DNA from: an uncultured Dehalococcoidia bacterium
GTDB taxonomy: Bacteria > Chloroflexota > Dehalococcoidia > Lucifugimonadales > UBA1123
DNA: 64,000 bases
Direction: 5' to 3'
Assembly (NCBI GenBank): GCA_964640295.1
Contig: CAZXFX010000010.1
Span: forward strand, 4,360-68,359
The position numbers and the translations under genes were made by a program. The notes under the pieces are model-generated. The model made no database searches, had not been told where the DNA came from, and worked only from the letters and a program-made list of their open reading frames with translations. Of the stretch, positions 9,775-17,918 are shown one piece after another (positions within the stretch are counted from its first letter, which is position 1; each line of letters begins with the position of its first letter).

Positions 9775-10455
9775 ATGAATAATGAACGAATTTCTACCGA
9801 GAGACTCATACAATCCATACAGTCAGCCGGAGTCGTCGCATCCGAATTGATGGCTGGAACGCACGCCGCGCGCGAACAGGCAATCGGCACGTCTCGCCAG
9901 ATCATCCGGTTTTCAGCGAACTCGATACGCGCCACTCATCGCGCCGAATACGACGAAGCGAGACGTCTCATCGCGAGGGCGACCGACCTTCGCGCAACTC
10001 TGGAAGAAGGTAGAAGAACCTACCCGGAGGTATATTACGGCGGATACGTAGAAGACGCCCTCAAGGAGTTCGTGGAAGCGCGCGCCACTCTGGCAATCGC
10101 CGAAGGATCTCGCCTGCCCACGATGGACGAACTGGACGTGGGCCCCGCCGTTTACATGAACGGTCTGGCGGAAACAATTGGGGAACTGCGTCGCATAACG
10201 CTAGACCTATTGCGCGGCGACGATTTCGCCAGATGCGAGACGCTCCTCTCCATCATGGACGAAATATACGCCGCGCTCGTCACCATTGACTATCCCGACG
10301 GCGTCACGCGCGGACTGCGACGAACGACAGACGTCATGCGAGGAGTCCTCGAGCGCACCCGCGGCGACATTACCGTGGCGCTCCGCCAGCGGCGGCTGGA
10401 AGAGCGTTTGGCGGAGTTGAACGAGAAGTTGGGGGTAACGACGATAGACAGTTAA
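9775..10455 (+). CDS. translin family (C3PO-like) protein
   Basis: Translin-like helical bundle motifs: KEFVEA (E-x-x-E) and YMNGLAETIGELRR. I preferred ATG 9775 over the TTG at 9754. Confidence 0.6.
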   Translation: MNNERISTERLIQSIQSAGVVASELMAGTHAAREQAIGTSRQIIRFSANSIRATHRAEYDEARRLIARATDLRATLEEGRRTYPEVYYGGYVEDALKEFVEARATLAIAEGSRLPTMDELDVGPAVYMNGLAETIGELRRITLDLLRGDDFARCETLLSIMDEIYAALVTIDYPDGVTRGLRRTTDVMRGVLERTRGDITVALRQRRLEERLAELNEKLGVTTIDS

Positions 10456-10589
10456 TCCGAATGACGCTGTCCGCCCTCGCCATCTTGACCAACACTACCC
10501 TAAATCGTATATTACCTCCGAACTGGGAGAGAGTTTACGCCCGTGTCATCTGACTCATGCGGGCGGCATCCACGATTGGAGGGCACACT

Positions 10590-11477
10590 ATGGCTTACGG
10601 ACAAGGCGACTACCAATACGAATTGGTAGAGAACTGGGGAAACCTTCCCGAAGGGTACGAATGGCACCAGGTAGCGGGCGTTGCGGTGGACAGCAATGAC
10701 AACGTTTACGCATATAACCGCAGCGAACACCAGTTGATGGTCTTCGACAGCGACGGCAATTTTCTGAGCGCGTGGGACGAAGTGTTCGCTGGCCCGCACG
10801 GCATCCACATCGCTCCGGACGACAGTGTCTATCTCGCCGACCGCGACGCCCACGTCATAATGAAATACTCGCCCGACGGAAATATGACGCTCAAGATTGG
10901 CACAGGAGCGGCTTCGGACACGGGCTATACCACCAACGCCGAACCAGTGCCGCGCGCCGCCGGCCCATTCAACCTGCCTACGGGAATCGCCGTTTCCGAA
11001 GAGGGAGACATCTTCATTACGGACGGCTACGGGAACGCCCGCGTGCATCGTTACACCGATACCGGTTCGCTGCTGCTATCGTGGGGACTGCCCGGCAAGG
11101 TTAATCCCGGCGACTTCCATCTTCCGCACGGAATCGGCATTGACCACGACGGCTTCGTGCTGGTGTGCGACCGCGAGAATGACCGGATACAGGTCTTCGA
11201 CCAGGAAGGCGAATTCCAGAATATGTTCACGGGTTTCCGTCAGCCTACCGACGTGTGCGTCGGCCCGGACGGAGAGATATACGTGCCGGAACTGCAAGGA
11301 AGAATGACCATCATAGACGACGAGGGCAACGTCCTGTCGCAGTGGGGCGGCGAACGCACCCATGAAGCGGGACAGTTCTGGGCGCCGCACGGAGTGGCGG
11401 TGGACTCGCGCGGCGATATGTACATTGGCGAGGTGCTGGATGGTATGCGCCTGCAGAAATTCGCAAGAGTGCGATAG
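10590..11477 (+). CDS. NHL-repeat beta-propeller protein (peptidyl-alpha-hydroxyglycine lyase-like)
   Basis: Repeated blades (PHGIHIAPDDSVYLADR, PTGIAVSEEGDIFITD, PHGIGIDHDGFVLVCDREN, PHGVAVDSRGDMYIGE). ATG 10590 is preceded by GGAGGG. Confidence 0.75.
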   Translation: MAYGQGDYQYELVENWGNLPEGYEWHQVAGVAVDSNDNVYAYNRSEHQLMVFDSDGNFLSAWDEVFAGPHGIHIAPDDSVYLADRDAHVIMKYSPDGNMTLKIGTGAASDTGYTTNAEPVPRAAGPFNLPTGIAVSEEGDIFITDGYGNARVHRYTDTGSLLLSWGLPGKVNPGDFHLPHGIGIDHDGFVLVCDRENDRIQVFDQEGEFQNMFTGFRQPTDVCVGPDGEIYVPELQGRMTIIDDEGNVLSQWGGERTHEAGQFWAPHGVAVDSRGDMYIGEVLDGMRLQKFARVR

Positions 11478-11507
11478 GCGCGTCGAATACCGCATAGTTG
11501 CTATAAT

Positions 11508-11553
11508 GAGCCATCCTCAGCCGTGTCGCTAGATGATACGGTGAGGATGGCTC
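11508..11553. repeat. perfect 12-bp inverted repeat (22-nt spacer) upstream of the HEPN-like gene
   Basis: GAGCCATCCTCA (11508-11519) pairs with TGAGGATGGCTC (11542-11553). A TATAAT sits immediately upstream (11502-11507) and an A6 run immediately downstream. Confidence 0.7.
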
Positions 11554-11581
11554 AAAAAATGTCGAGAGGAATTTCCCGCGA

Positions 11582-12031
11582 ATGACGACCATTTACGCAA
11601 CTCCGGAAGCGCTGTCCGAAGAATACAAGCAGACAGGACAACGCTATATCCGCCAGGCCGACGCCGAATTCGACAAAGGCGACTTCCTCCAAGCGTCCGA
11701 AAAAGCTTGGGGCGCGGCTTCTGAATATGTGAAATCTTTGGCATCCCTGCGTGGTATGCCCCATGAATCACATAGAGAAATCAGAATAGCCGTCAACCAC
11801 TTAGTTGTAGAGACGAACATGAGGCAAATTCGCCCCCTATTCGCGGTCGCTGAAGGAATGCATGCCAACTTCTACGAAGCATGGATGCCTGAAGAGGAAG
11901 TAAAGGATGGAATCGAGAGCGTAAAAACGCTGATAGCCCTTCTCGAAAACATCCCGTCGCCCAGCGGAGACGCTCCCATTCGCCCCCCAAGAGCGCGCCT
12001 GTTCATCCGAGACCGCGGCGATGACCAATAG
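11582..12031 (+). CDS. HEPN-like / PaREP1-like small helical protein
   Basis: 149 aa. The segment DKGDFLQASEKAWGAASEYVKSLASLRGMPHESH shares a pattern with the ORFs at 48623 and 49009 (A..GD...A......A......A..RG.....H). Confidence 0.45.
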   Translation: MTTIYATPEALSEEYKQTGQRYIRQADAEFDKGDFLQASEKAWGAASEYVKSLASLRGMPHESHREIRIAVNHLVVETNMRQIRPLFAVAEGMHANFYEAWMPEEEVKDGIESVKTLIALLENIPSPSGDAPIRPPRARLFIRDRGDDQ

Positions 12032-12080
12032 AGATTTCTGACGTCTGACTATCGAAAACTTTAACTAAGGAGAACGCAAA

Positions 12081-13727
12081 TTGAATGGAGACCAGGCAAT
12101 AGCCAAGATACTGAAGAAAGAGGGCGTGGAGTGGATCGCGGCTTTCCCCGCGCAGACGCTGATTGACGCCTGCGCCCGCGAAGGGATACGACCCATTCTC
12201 TCGCGACAGGAACGCGCCGGCGTCAATATGGCGGACGGATTCAGCCGAATCAAGAACGGCAACACCATCGGCGTGTTCACGATGCAGACCGGCCCCGGCT
12301 CTGAGAACGCGTTTGGCGGAGTCGCCCAGGCGTTCGCGGACTCCGTGCCAATACTCTGTCTGCCGGGTGGACAGCCTTCGAACAGCATGGACGTGCATCC
12401 CAACTTCGAGGCTGTCAAGAACTACGGCGGCATCACCAAGTGGATGGCGCTCGTCAACAAGGTGGAGCGAATCCCCGAACTGATGGCGATGGCGTTCACG
12501 CAGCTCAAGCACGGCAGGCTCGGCCCCGTTCTGCTTGAACTGCCGCGCGACGTGATGATCGGCGATATACCCGACGCGCTGGTTGACAGCTACAAGCCTG
12601 TGAAGAAGTTCAGGTCCGGCGCCAGCGCGGAGGATGTCCGCGATCTGGTAGCCGCGCTGCTGGCAGCCGAAAACCCCGTCATAAACGCGGGACAGGGCGT
12701 AATGTACGCCGAGGCGACCGACGAACTGGTCGAATTCGCCGAACTCACCAACATCCCTGTCATGACGACGCTCGCGGGCAAGAGCGCCTTCCCGGAAGAC
12801 CACCCGCTCGCGCTCGGAACCGGGGCTTCCTCCGGCACGCTCATGTGCCAGCATTTCCTTGAGAAGACCGACTTCGTGCTGGGCATGGGAACCAGTTTCA
12901 CGATCTCCAACTTCAACGCGCCGATGCCGTCGGGCGTCACGCTCGGCCACGCGACGAACTGCGCGGACGACGTGAATAAGGATCACCGCGCAGACTACGG
13001 CGCGATTGGCGACGCCAAGGTCGTGCTTAACCAGATGATAGAAGAGGCGAAGAGCCAGCTTGGCGAACACGGACGCGGCGACGTTCACGGCGTTCGCGAC
13101 GAGATAGCGAAGGTCAAGGGCGAATGGATGGCTGAATGGACGCCATCGCTGAACTCGGACGAAGTTCCCATCAGCCCATACCGCGTATTCACCGAGCTCA
13201 TGAAGGCGGTTGATGTCCGCGAGACTATCATTACGCACGACTCGGGCTATCCGCGCGAGCAGATAGTTCCCTTCTGGCCCGGCGTGACCCCGCGCAACTA
13301 CATCGGCTGGGGCAAATCAACTCAGCTTGGCTACGGACTGGGACTCGCGCTCGGCGCGAAGATGGCGGAGCCTGACAAGCAGGTCATCAACATCATGGGC
13401 GACGCCGCCTTCGGCATGGCCGGACTGGACATCGAGACCGCTTCCAGGTCCGAGATTCCCATACTGACTGTGGTGCTGAACAACGGCGTTATGACGCACT
13501 ACTACGACCACATGCCATACGCCACCGAACGCTGGAACAGCAACGCGCTCGGCGGAGAGTACGCTGAAGTCGCGCGCGGCCTCGGCGCCTATGGCGAGAA
13601 GGTCAGCGATCCGGACGAAATCGCGCCCGCGATTCAGCGAGCGCTCGCGGCTAACAACGAAGGCAAGCCGGCCCTGCTGGAAATGAAGACGAAGGAAGAG
13701 GAGAACGTCTCGCGCTACTGGCGCTAG
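12081..13727 (+). CDS. thiamine-diphosphate-dependent enzyme (acetolactate synthase / sulfoacetaldehyde acetyltransferase-like)
   Basis: 548 aa. ThDP motif GDAAFGM...NNG near the C-terminus. TTG start preceded by AAGGAGA. Confidence 0.85.
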   Translation: MNGDQAIAKILKKEGVEWIAAFPAQTLIDACAREGIRPILSRQERAGVNMADGFSRIKNGNTIGVFTMQTGPGSENAFGGVAQAFADSVPILCLPGGQPSNSMDVHPNFEAVKNYGGITKWMALVNKVERIPELMAMAFTQLKHGRLGPVLLELPRDVMIGDIPDALVDSYKPVKKFRSGASAEDVRDLVAALLAAENPVINAGQGVMYAEATDELVEFAELTNIPVMTTLAGKSAFPEDHPLALGTGASSGTLMCQHFLEKTDFVLGMGTSFTISNFNAPMPSGVTLGHATNCADDVNKDHRADYGAIGDAKVVLNQMIEEAKSQLGEHGRGDVHGVRDEIAKVKGEWMAEWTPSLNSDEVPISPYRVFTELMKAVDVRETIITHDSGYPREQIVPFWPGVTPRNYIGWGKSTQLGYGLGLALGAKMAEPDKQVINIMGDAAFGMAGLDIETASRSEIPILTVVLNNGVMTHYYDHMPYATERWNSNALGGEYAEVARGLGAYGEKVSDPDEIAPAIQRALAANNEGKPALLEMKTKEEENVSRYWR

Positions 13728-13781
13728 ACTGGAGTCCAATACCCCGCCAGGGGGGCGGGCAAGTCCGTCCGCCCCTCTTAA

Positions 13782-13886
13782 TCTGAGAAGGGTAGGCATT
13801 GAGGCTGAACACCCCCATCCTAGCCTTCCCGCATCGAGGTGGAAGGGGTTTTTCAGTAGGTTAGAGCGTTTACCCACCCCTGTGAG
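13782..13886 (-). repeat. repeat family R1, ~105-bp intergenic element (copy A)
   Basis: By hand alignment, the reverse complement matches 51859-51964 at most positions: CTCACA(A/G)GGGT(A/G)GG(C/T)AAACGCTCTAACC...CCCTTCCACCTCGATG(G/C)GGGAAGGCTAGGATGGGGGTG...CCTCAAT... Confidence 0.8.
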
Positions 13887-13920
13887 ACTCTTAATAGAAG
13901 AAGGATAGCCAAAATATAAA

Positions 13921-15555
13921 ATGGACATCTTCGTCGAAGGAAACGCCTGGGTCTGGATACTGTTCGTCTTCATCGCCTATTTCGCGGTTCTGATCGGAAT
14001 CGCCGTATTTCGCGGCCGCAATATGCGAGATATGTCCGACTATGTTTTGGGCGGAAGGCGAATGGGCGCAATCACCTCCGCCCTGAGTTCAGGATCGTCA
14101 GCAACCAGCGGATGGACGATGCTGGTGTTCCCCGCCCTGGCCTTCACCGGCGGCATGATGCACCTGTGGACGGTAGTAGCCATTGTACTCGGACTATGGT
14201 TTACATGGACCGTAATGGCGCGCCGATTGCGTCGCTACACAATCGCCACCGACAACTCTCTGACGATCCCCGAGTTCATCAGCAAGCGTTTCGGCGATAC
14301 CGCCGGAATACTTCGCTCTCTGTGCTCGGTCATAAGCATCTACTTCATAACCCTGTACGTCTGTTCCGGACTTATCGCCGGAGCCAAGCTGCTGGAGGAA
14401 GTCTTCGACCTGGGGCAAACAGGCTCCGGACACGATATCGGCATAATCATCAGCATGGTGGCAGTGGTGTCCTACACCTTCATCGGCGGATTTCTCGCCG
14501 TGTCGCGCACAGACGTATTTCAGGCGATCATAATGCTGGCCGGATTCATCATCATACCTGTCACTCTATTGCTGACAGTCAGTAATCCCCTTCAGGGCAT
14601 AGAGTCCACCCCCGAAGGTTTCTGGAATCCCTTCACAGACACGAATAACCAAAATCTTGGCGTCCTGTTCTTCCTGTCCACAGTTGGCTGGGGACTGGGC
14701 GCCTTTGGCGCACAGCGGATACTGTCGCGCTTTATGGCGGTGGACCGCGAGTCCAGCATAAACAGAAGCCGCAACATCGGCACATTGTGGGTCATATTCA
14801 TCTTTGGCTTCGCTCTGCTCATGGGATTGCTGGCGGCTCCGGCTCTCATCGAGCGAGGCGAAGCGCTTCCCGACGCAGAGCGTCTCTACCTGGTCGTCTC
14901 CAAGGTGTTCTTCCACCCTGTGGTGGCGGGACTACTGCTCACCGCCGTCATCGCAGCCGTGATGAGCACCGCCGACTCCCAATTGCTGCTCGCTTCGGCT
15001 ATCGCCACCGACGACGCGCCCGTCATCAGGAGACTCACATACTCGATGCAGACTCATTACAGGGTGTGGCTGGGACGTGGAATGCTGGTGATGGTCGGAC
15101 TGGTGGCGGCCATCATCTCGATGATTTCGCCGGAGTCGGTTTACGCTCTGGTGTCTCTGGCGTGGGGCGGAATGGGAGCGGCGTTCGGGCCCGTCCTGAT
15201 ACTGGCGCTTTTCTGGCGCCGCTTCAACTACTGGGGAGCGTTGGCGGGCGTCGTATCCGGAACCATGGTGTCCACTTGGTGGTGGCTGATGGGCTTGGGC
15301 TACGAGCGCGCCGAGACGCTTACGGACCTGCTCGGATTCGAGGAGACGGTGAAGCTGTGGGGCGAGATTGGTCTTTGGCAGTTAAACCCGGCTACGCCCG
15401 GATTCGTCGCGGCGACTATCATAGCCATAGCGGTAACTTTGCTCACTCGCCCACCGTCCCGCGAGATAGAAGAAGTCTTCGACCACGTGAACAGCCCCAA
15501 CTGGGCTGACCCAGCCGACGCGGAGCGGGCCGGGGCTGTCAGTCGGTCGGGGTGA
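13921..15555 (+). CDS. sodium:solute symporter (proline symporter PutP-like)
   Basis: 544 aa, about 13 hydrophobic segments. N-terminal SDYVLGGRRMG...SSGSSATSGW matches the SSS family pattern. Confidence 0.85.
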   Translation: MDIFVEGNAWVWILFVFIAYFAVLIGIAVFRGRNMRDMSDYVLGGRRMGAITSALSSGSSATSGWTMLVFPALAFTGGMMHLWTVVAIVLGLWFTWTVMARRLRRYTIATDNSLTIPEFISKRFGDTAGILRSLCSVISIYFITLYVCSGLIAGAKLLEEVFDLGQTGSGHDIGIIISMVAVVSYTFIGGFLAVSRTDVFQAIIMLAGFIIIPVTLLLTVSNPLQGIESTPEGFWNPFTDTNNQNLGVLFFLSTVGWGLGAFGAQRILSRFMAVDRESSINRSRNIGTLWVIFIFGFALLMGLLAAPALIERGEALPDAERLYLVVSKVFFHPVVAGLLLTAVIAAVMSTADSQLLLASAIATDDAPVIRRLTYSMQTHYRVWLGRGMLVMVGLVAAIISMISPESVYALVSLAWGGMGAAFGPVLILALFWRRFNYWGALAGVVSGTMVSTWWWLMGLGYERAETLTDLLGFEETVKLWGEIGLWQLNPATPGFVAATIIAIAVTLLTRPPSREIEEVFDHVNSPNWADPADAERAGAVSRSG

Positions 15556-15669
15556 GACAGGTAGCCGATGGAGCGCGCGCCGACCGTCTAGGAACACAGT
15601 GAACGCGGCGCTCACATCGCCTTTGATGGATGCTTAGCGAATGACAAGACGGGGAATTAGCTCGGCTTG

Positions 15670-16839
15670 TCATTCCCCCATTCCAATGTCAGACGCCAGC
15701 GCCTCCCTGTCCGCGTCGCCCGATTCACGCTCGGCCAGTTCGCGCCGACTCAGACGCTCGAATCGCCCGGCGTCCGCAGACTGCGGGTCGTCGGACGACA
15801 GCAGCGCGCGCGGCCCCGCCACCTGTCGCGCGGCGTCAGCCAGTTCCGTCGCCGCGCCTTGACGCCATAGAGACGCCAGCGCGCCTGAACGCTGGGCATG
15901 ATCCTCATGGCTTCGTTCCCATGTCTCCCTCATCCTGAGCAGGCGCGATACCCGGCTGGCTATATACGCCTCGACCAGTATCCGGGCGCGTATAGGATCG
16001 GCGCTGAGCGGCTTGCCGTTAGACTCAGTACGGCGCGCGTAATCGAGAAGCGCGTCCGTCTCGGTTTCAACCCAGCTTGGCAGATCGGCATTCGAGTCGA
16101 GCGAGACCCGCGCGCTTATGACGCGATCTCCGTCACCCTCCCATCCCAGCGCGTCGGTTCGCAGTACCCAGACATCATCGAACCGAACAGGGCGCGCGAC
16201 TGCTGGAGACAGCGCTCTGGAAGGTGTGAGCGCAACGCCTTCGGACGCGGGGTCCACAAGAAGGCACACAGGAAGCGATTCTGCGTCGTCGGACTGGACC
16301 AGCGCGACCGTCCATAGAATATCGGGCGCGTCTCCGAGTCCGCGGAACATACCCAGTCCATTGACTATGTACCCGTCCGCGTCGGGCGTGGCGGTCAACC
16401 CAACGGAATCGCGGTCGAGCGCGACTGCTCCATCTGAGCGTCTCGATACGGAGACCTGGTGCCGCCAGACGACCCGTTCCCCTCTCGACAGGGATCGAAC
16501 TAGTTGCGCTTGCCTTCCTTCCGTTCCCCAAGCGAGCAGCGCGGTCTTGAGAGCCTGCGCCTCGCTCTGCGCCAGCGCAAGAAGGCCGCGGCGGTTCAAC
16601 TCCTCCAGGACGACGACTGTCATGTCGGGAGACAGCGCCGCGCCGCCATCCTGGGCGGACGCAGACGGAGCCAGCCAGCCTATTTCGCCCAAATTTCGGG
16701 ATAGACGGGTGAGGGTTGACGCGCCCTCCGACGAATCGAACAGCGCGTCCGCGTTCGGCGGAGTGTTCTCATCGAGCCAGCCGATTACTGTCTCGCGGAA
16801 TTCTTGTTGTTCGGGTGTATAGTGGTAAGAGAAATCCAT
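15670..16839 (-). CDS. acyl-CoA dehydrogenase family protein
   Basis: 389 aa. N-terminal MDFSYHYTPEQQEFRETV... is typical of ACAD-family paralogues. Divergent, so catalytic competence is not judged. Confidence 0.65.
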   Translation of the reverse strand: MDFSYHYTPEQQEFRETVIGWLDENTPPNADALFDSSEGASTLTRLSRNLGEIGWLAPSASAQDGGAALSPDMTVVVLEELNRRGLLALAQSEAQALKTALLAWGTEGRQAQLVRSLSRGERVVWRHQVSVSRRSDGAVALDRDSVGLTATPDADGYIVNGLGMFRGLGDAPDILWTVALVQSDDAESLPVCLLVDPASEGVALTPSRALSPAVARPVRFDDVWVLRTDALGWEGDGDRVISARVSLDSNADLPSWVETETDALLDYARRTESNGKPLSADPIRARILVEAYIASRVSRLLRMRETWERSHEDHAQRSGALASLWRQGAATELADAARQVAGPRALLSSDDPQSADAGRFERLSRRELAERESGDADREALASDIGMGE

Positions 16840-16877
16840 GTATCAAGATAACCTTGTTATACTTTTCTACTAACGCT

Positions 16878-17144
16878 TTAATATGAAGTAGGCATCATGC
16901 AGAAATATGACTCTACCCAATCATAATCTCCATAGTGAGCGGTGTAACGACGTATAGTTCCGGCGATGATTACATCGTTCTCAGGTTCTGGCTTGAGATG
17001 AAAACGCGTCCTACGCCTATCCCATCTATGGTCTCGGGCACGTAAACCTGTTGCACGGTCATCACGTCTTATTATAGTTGCGAAATCGGCTTTACCGTCC
17101 CACACAGGTCCATCAAAACAGGTCTTTCGGAAAGTACGAGACAT
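16878..17144 (-). CDS. hypothetical small basic protein
   Basis: 88 aa, Arg-rich, in an AT-rich islet 5 nt downstream of the methyltransferase gene. No motif recognised. Confidence 0.35.
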   Translation of the reverse strand: MSRTFRKTCFDGPVWDGKADFATIIRRDDRATGLRARDHRWDRRRTRFHLKPEPENDVIIAGTIRRYTAHYGDYDWVESYFCMMPTSY

Positions 17145-17149
17145 CTAAT

Positions 17150-17887
17150 TCACTCTATCTGGTATCGCGCTGAGTCAGAGGGACGACAGAGCAATGCTGA
17201 GTTATATGTCCATCTGCTGGTTGCCCAATTTGGAAACAATCGGAGAGATATGTCCTTTATGGCAAACACTGGGTATCCTTTCGCTCCTCGTAGATAACGA
17301 TACACATCAACCGATGAATTCGTAATTACTTGCGAAATTATCTCGTAGCCACAACTTTGGATGAGAAGGCGGATACTTTTCTTCGTATAGAAATTAATGT
17401 GTCCTGTCTTGTCAAATACAAAATCATGCCCCAGACGTGAGTTGAGCTCTAAGGGGACTTCAATAAATACATGTGTGGCGACTCTGGCAGCTTCATATAA
17501 CAACTGACGAGGATGTTCTACATGTTCCAATACATGGCTCATCAGTACAAGATCAAATCTATTATCTTCATAAGGGATATTGTAGCCATCATACGTTGAG
17601 CACTCTAACAAGGATTTTATATTTTTCTTCTGTATCACATTCACCGCGGACTCAGCGATTTCAAGAGAGAACAATTCTGAATTAAATTCCAATTCAGACA
17701 GTCTCTCCAATATCGCGCCATCACCTGAACCTATCTCAAGAACTGTTTCATTCGGAATATTGCGGCAAAGAGAAACAATGTTCTTCACTTTATTCCTCGC
17801 GCCGATCCTTCTCCATTCCGGATCTGCGCCTTCATAGTAAGTCTCATAATTGGATTTAAGATTGGGACTGATTGAAGAATTTGGCAA
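17150..17887 (-). CDS. class I SAM-dependent methyltransferase
   Basis: Motif I VLEIGSGDG and post-I/II FDLVLMSHVLEHV. AT-rich relative to its flanks. Confidence 0.8.
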   Translation of the reverse strand: MPNSSISPNLKSNYETYYEGADPEWRRIGARNKVKNIVSLCRNIPNETVLEIGSGDGAILERLSELEFNSELFSLEIAESAVNVIQKKNIKSLLECSTYDGYNIPYEDNRFDLVLMSHVLEHVEHPRQLLYEAARVATHVFIEVPLELNSRLGHDFVFDKTGHINFYTKKSIRLLIQSCGYEIISQVITNSSVDVYRYLRGAKGYPVFAIKDISLRLFPNWATSRWTYNSALLCRPSDSARYQIE

Positions 17888-17918
17888 TTTCTCACGCTTT
17901 CATTTCTATGATATGAAA

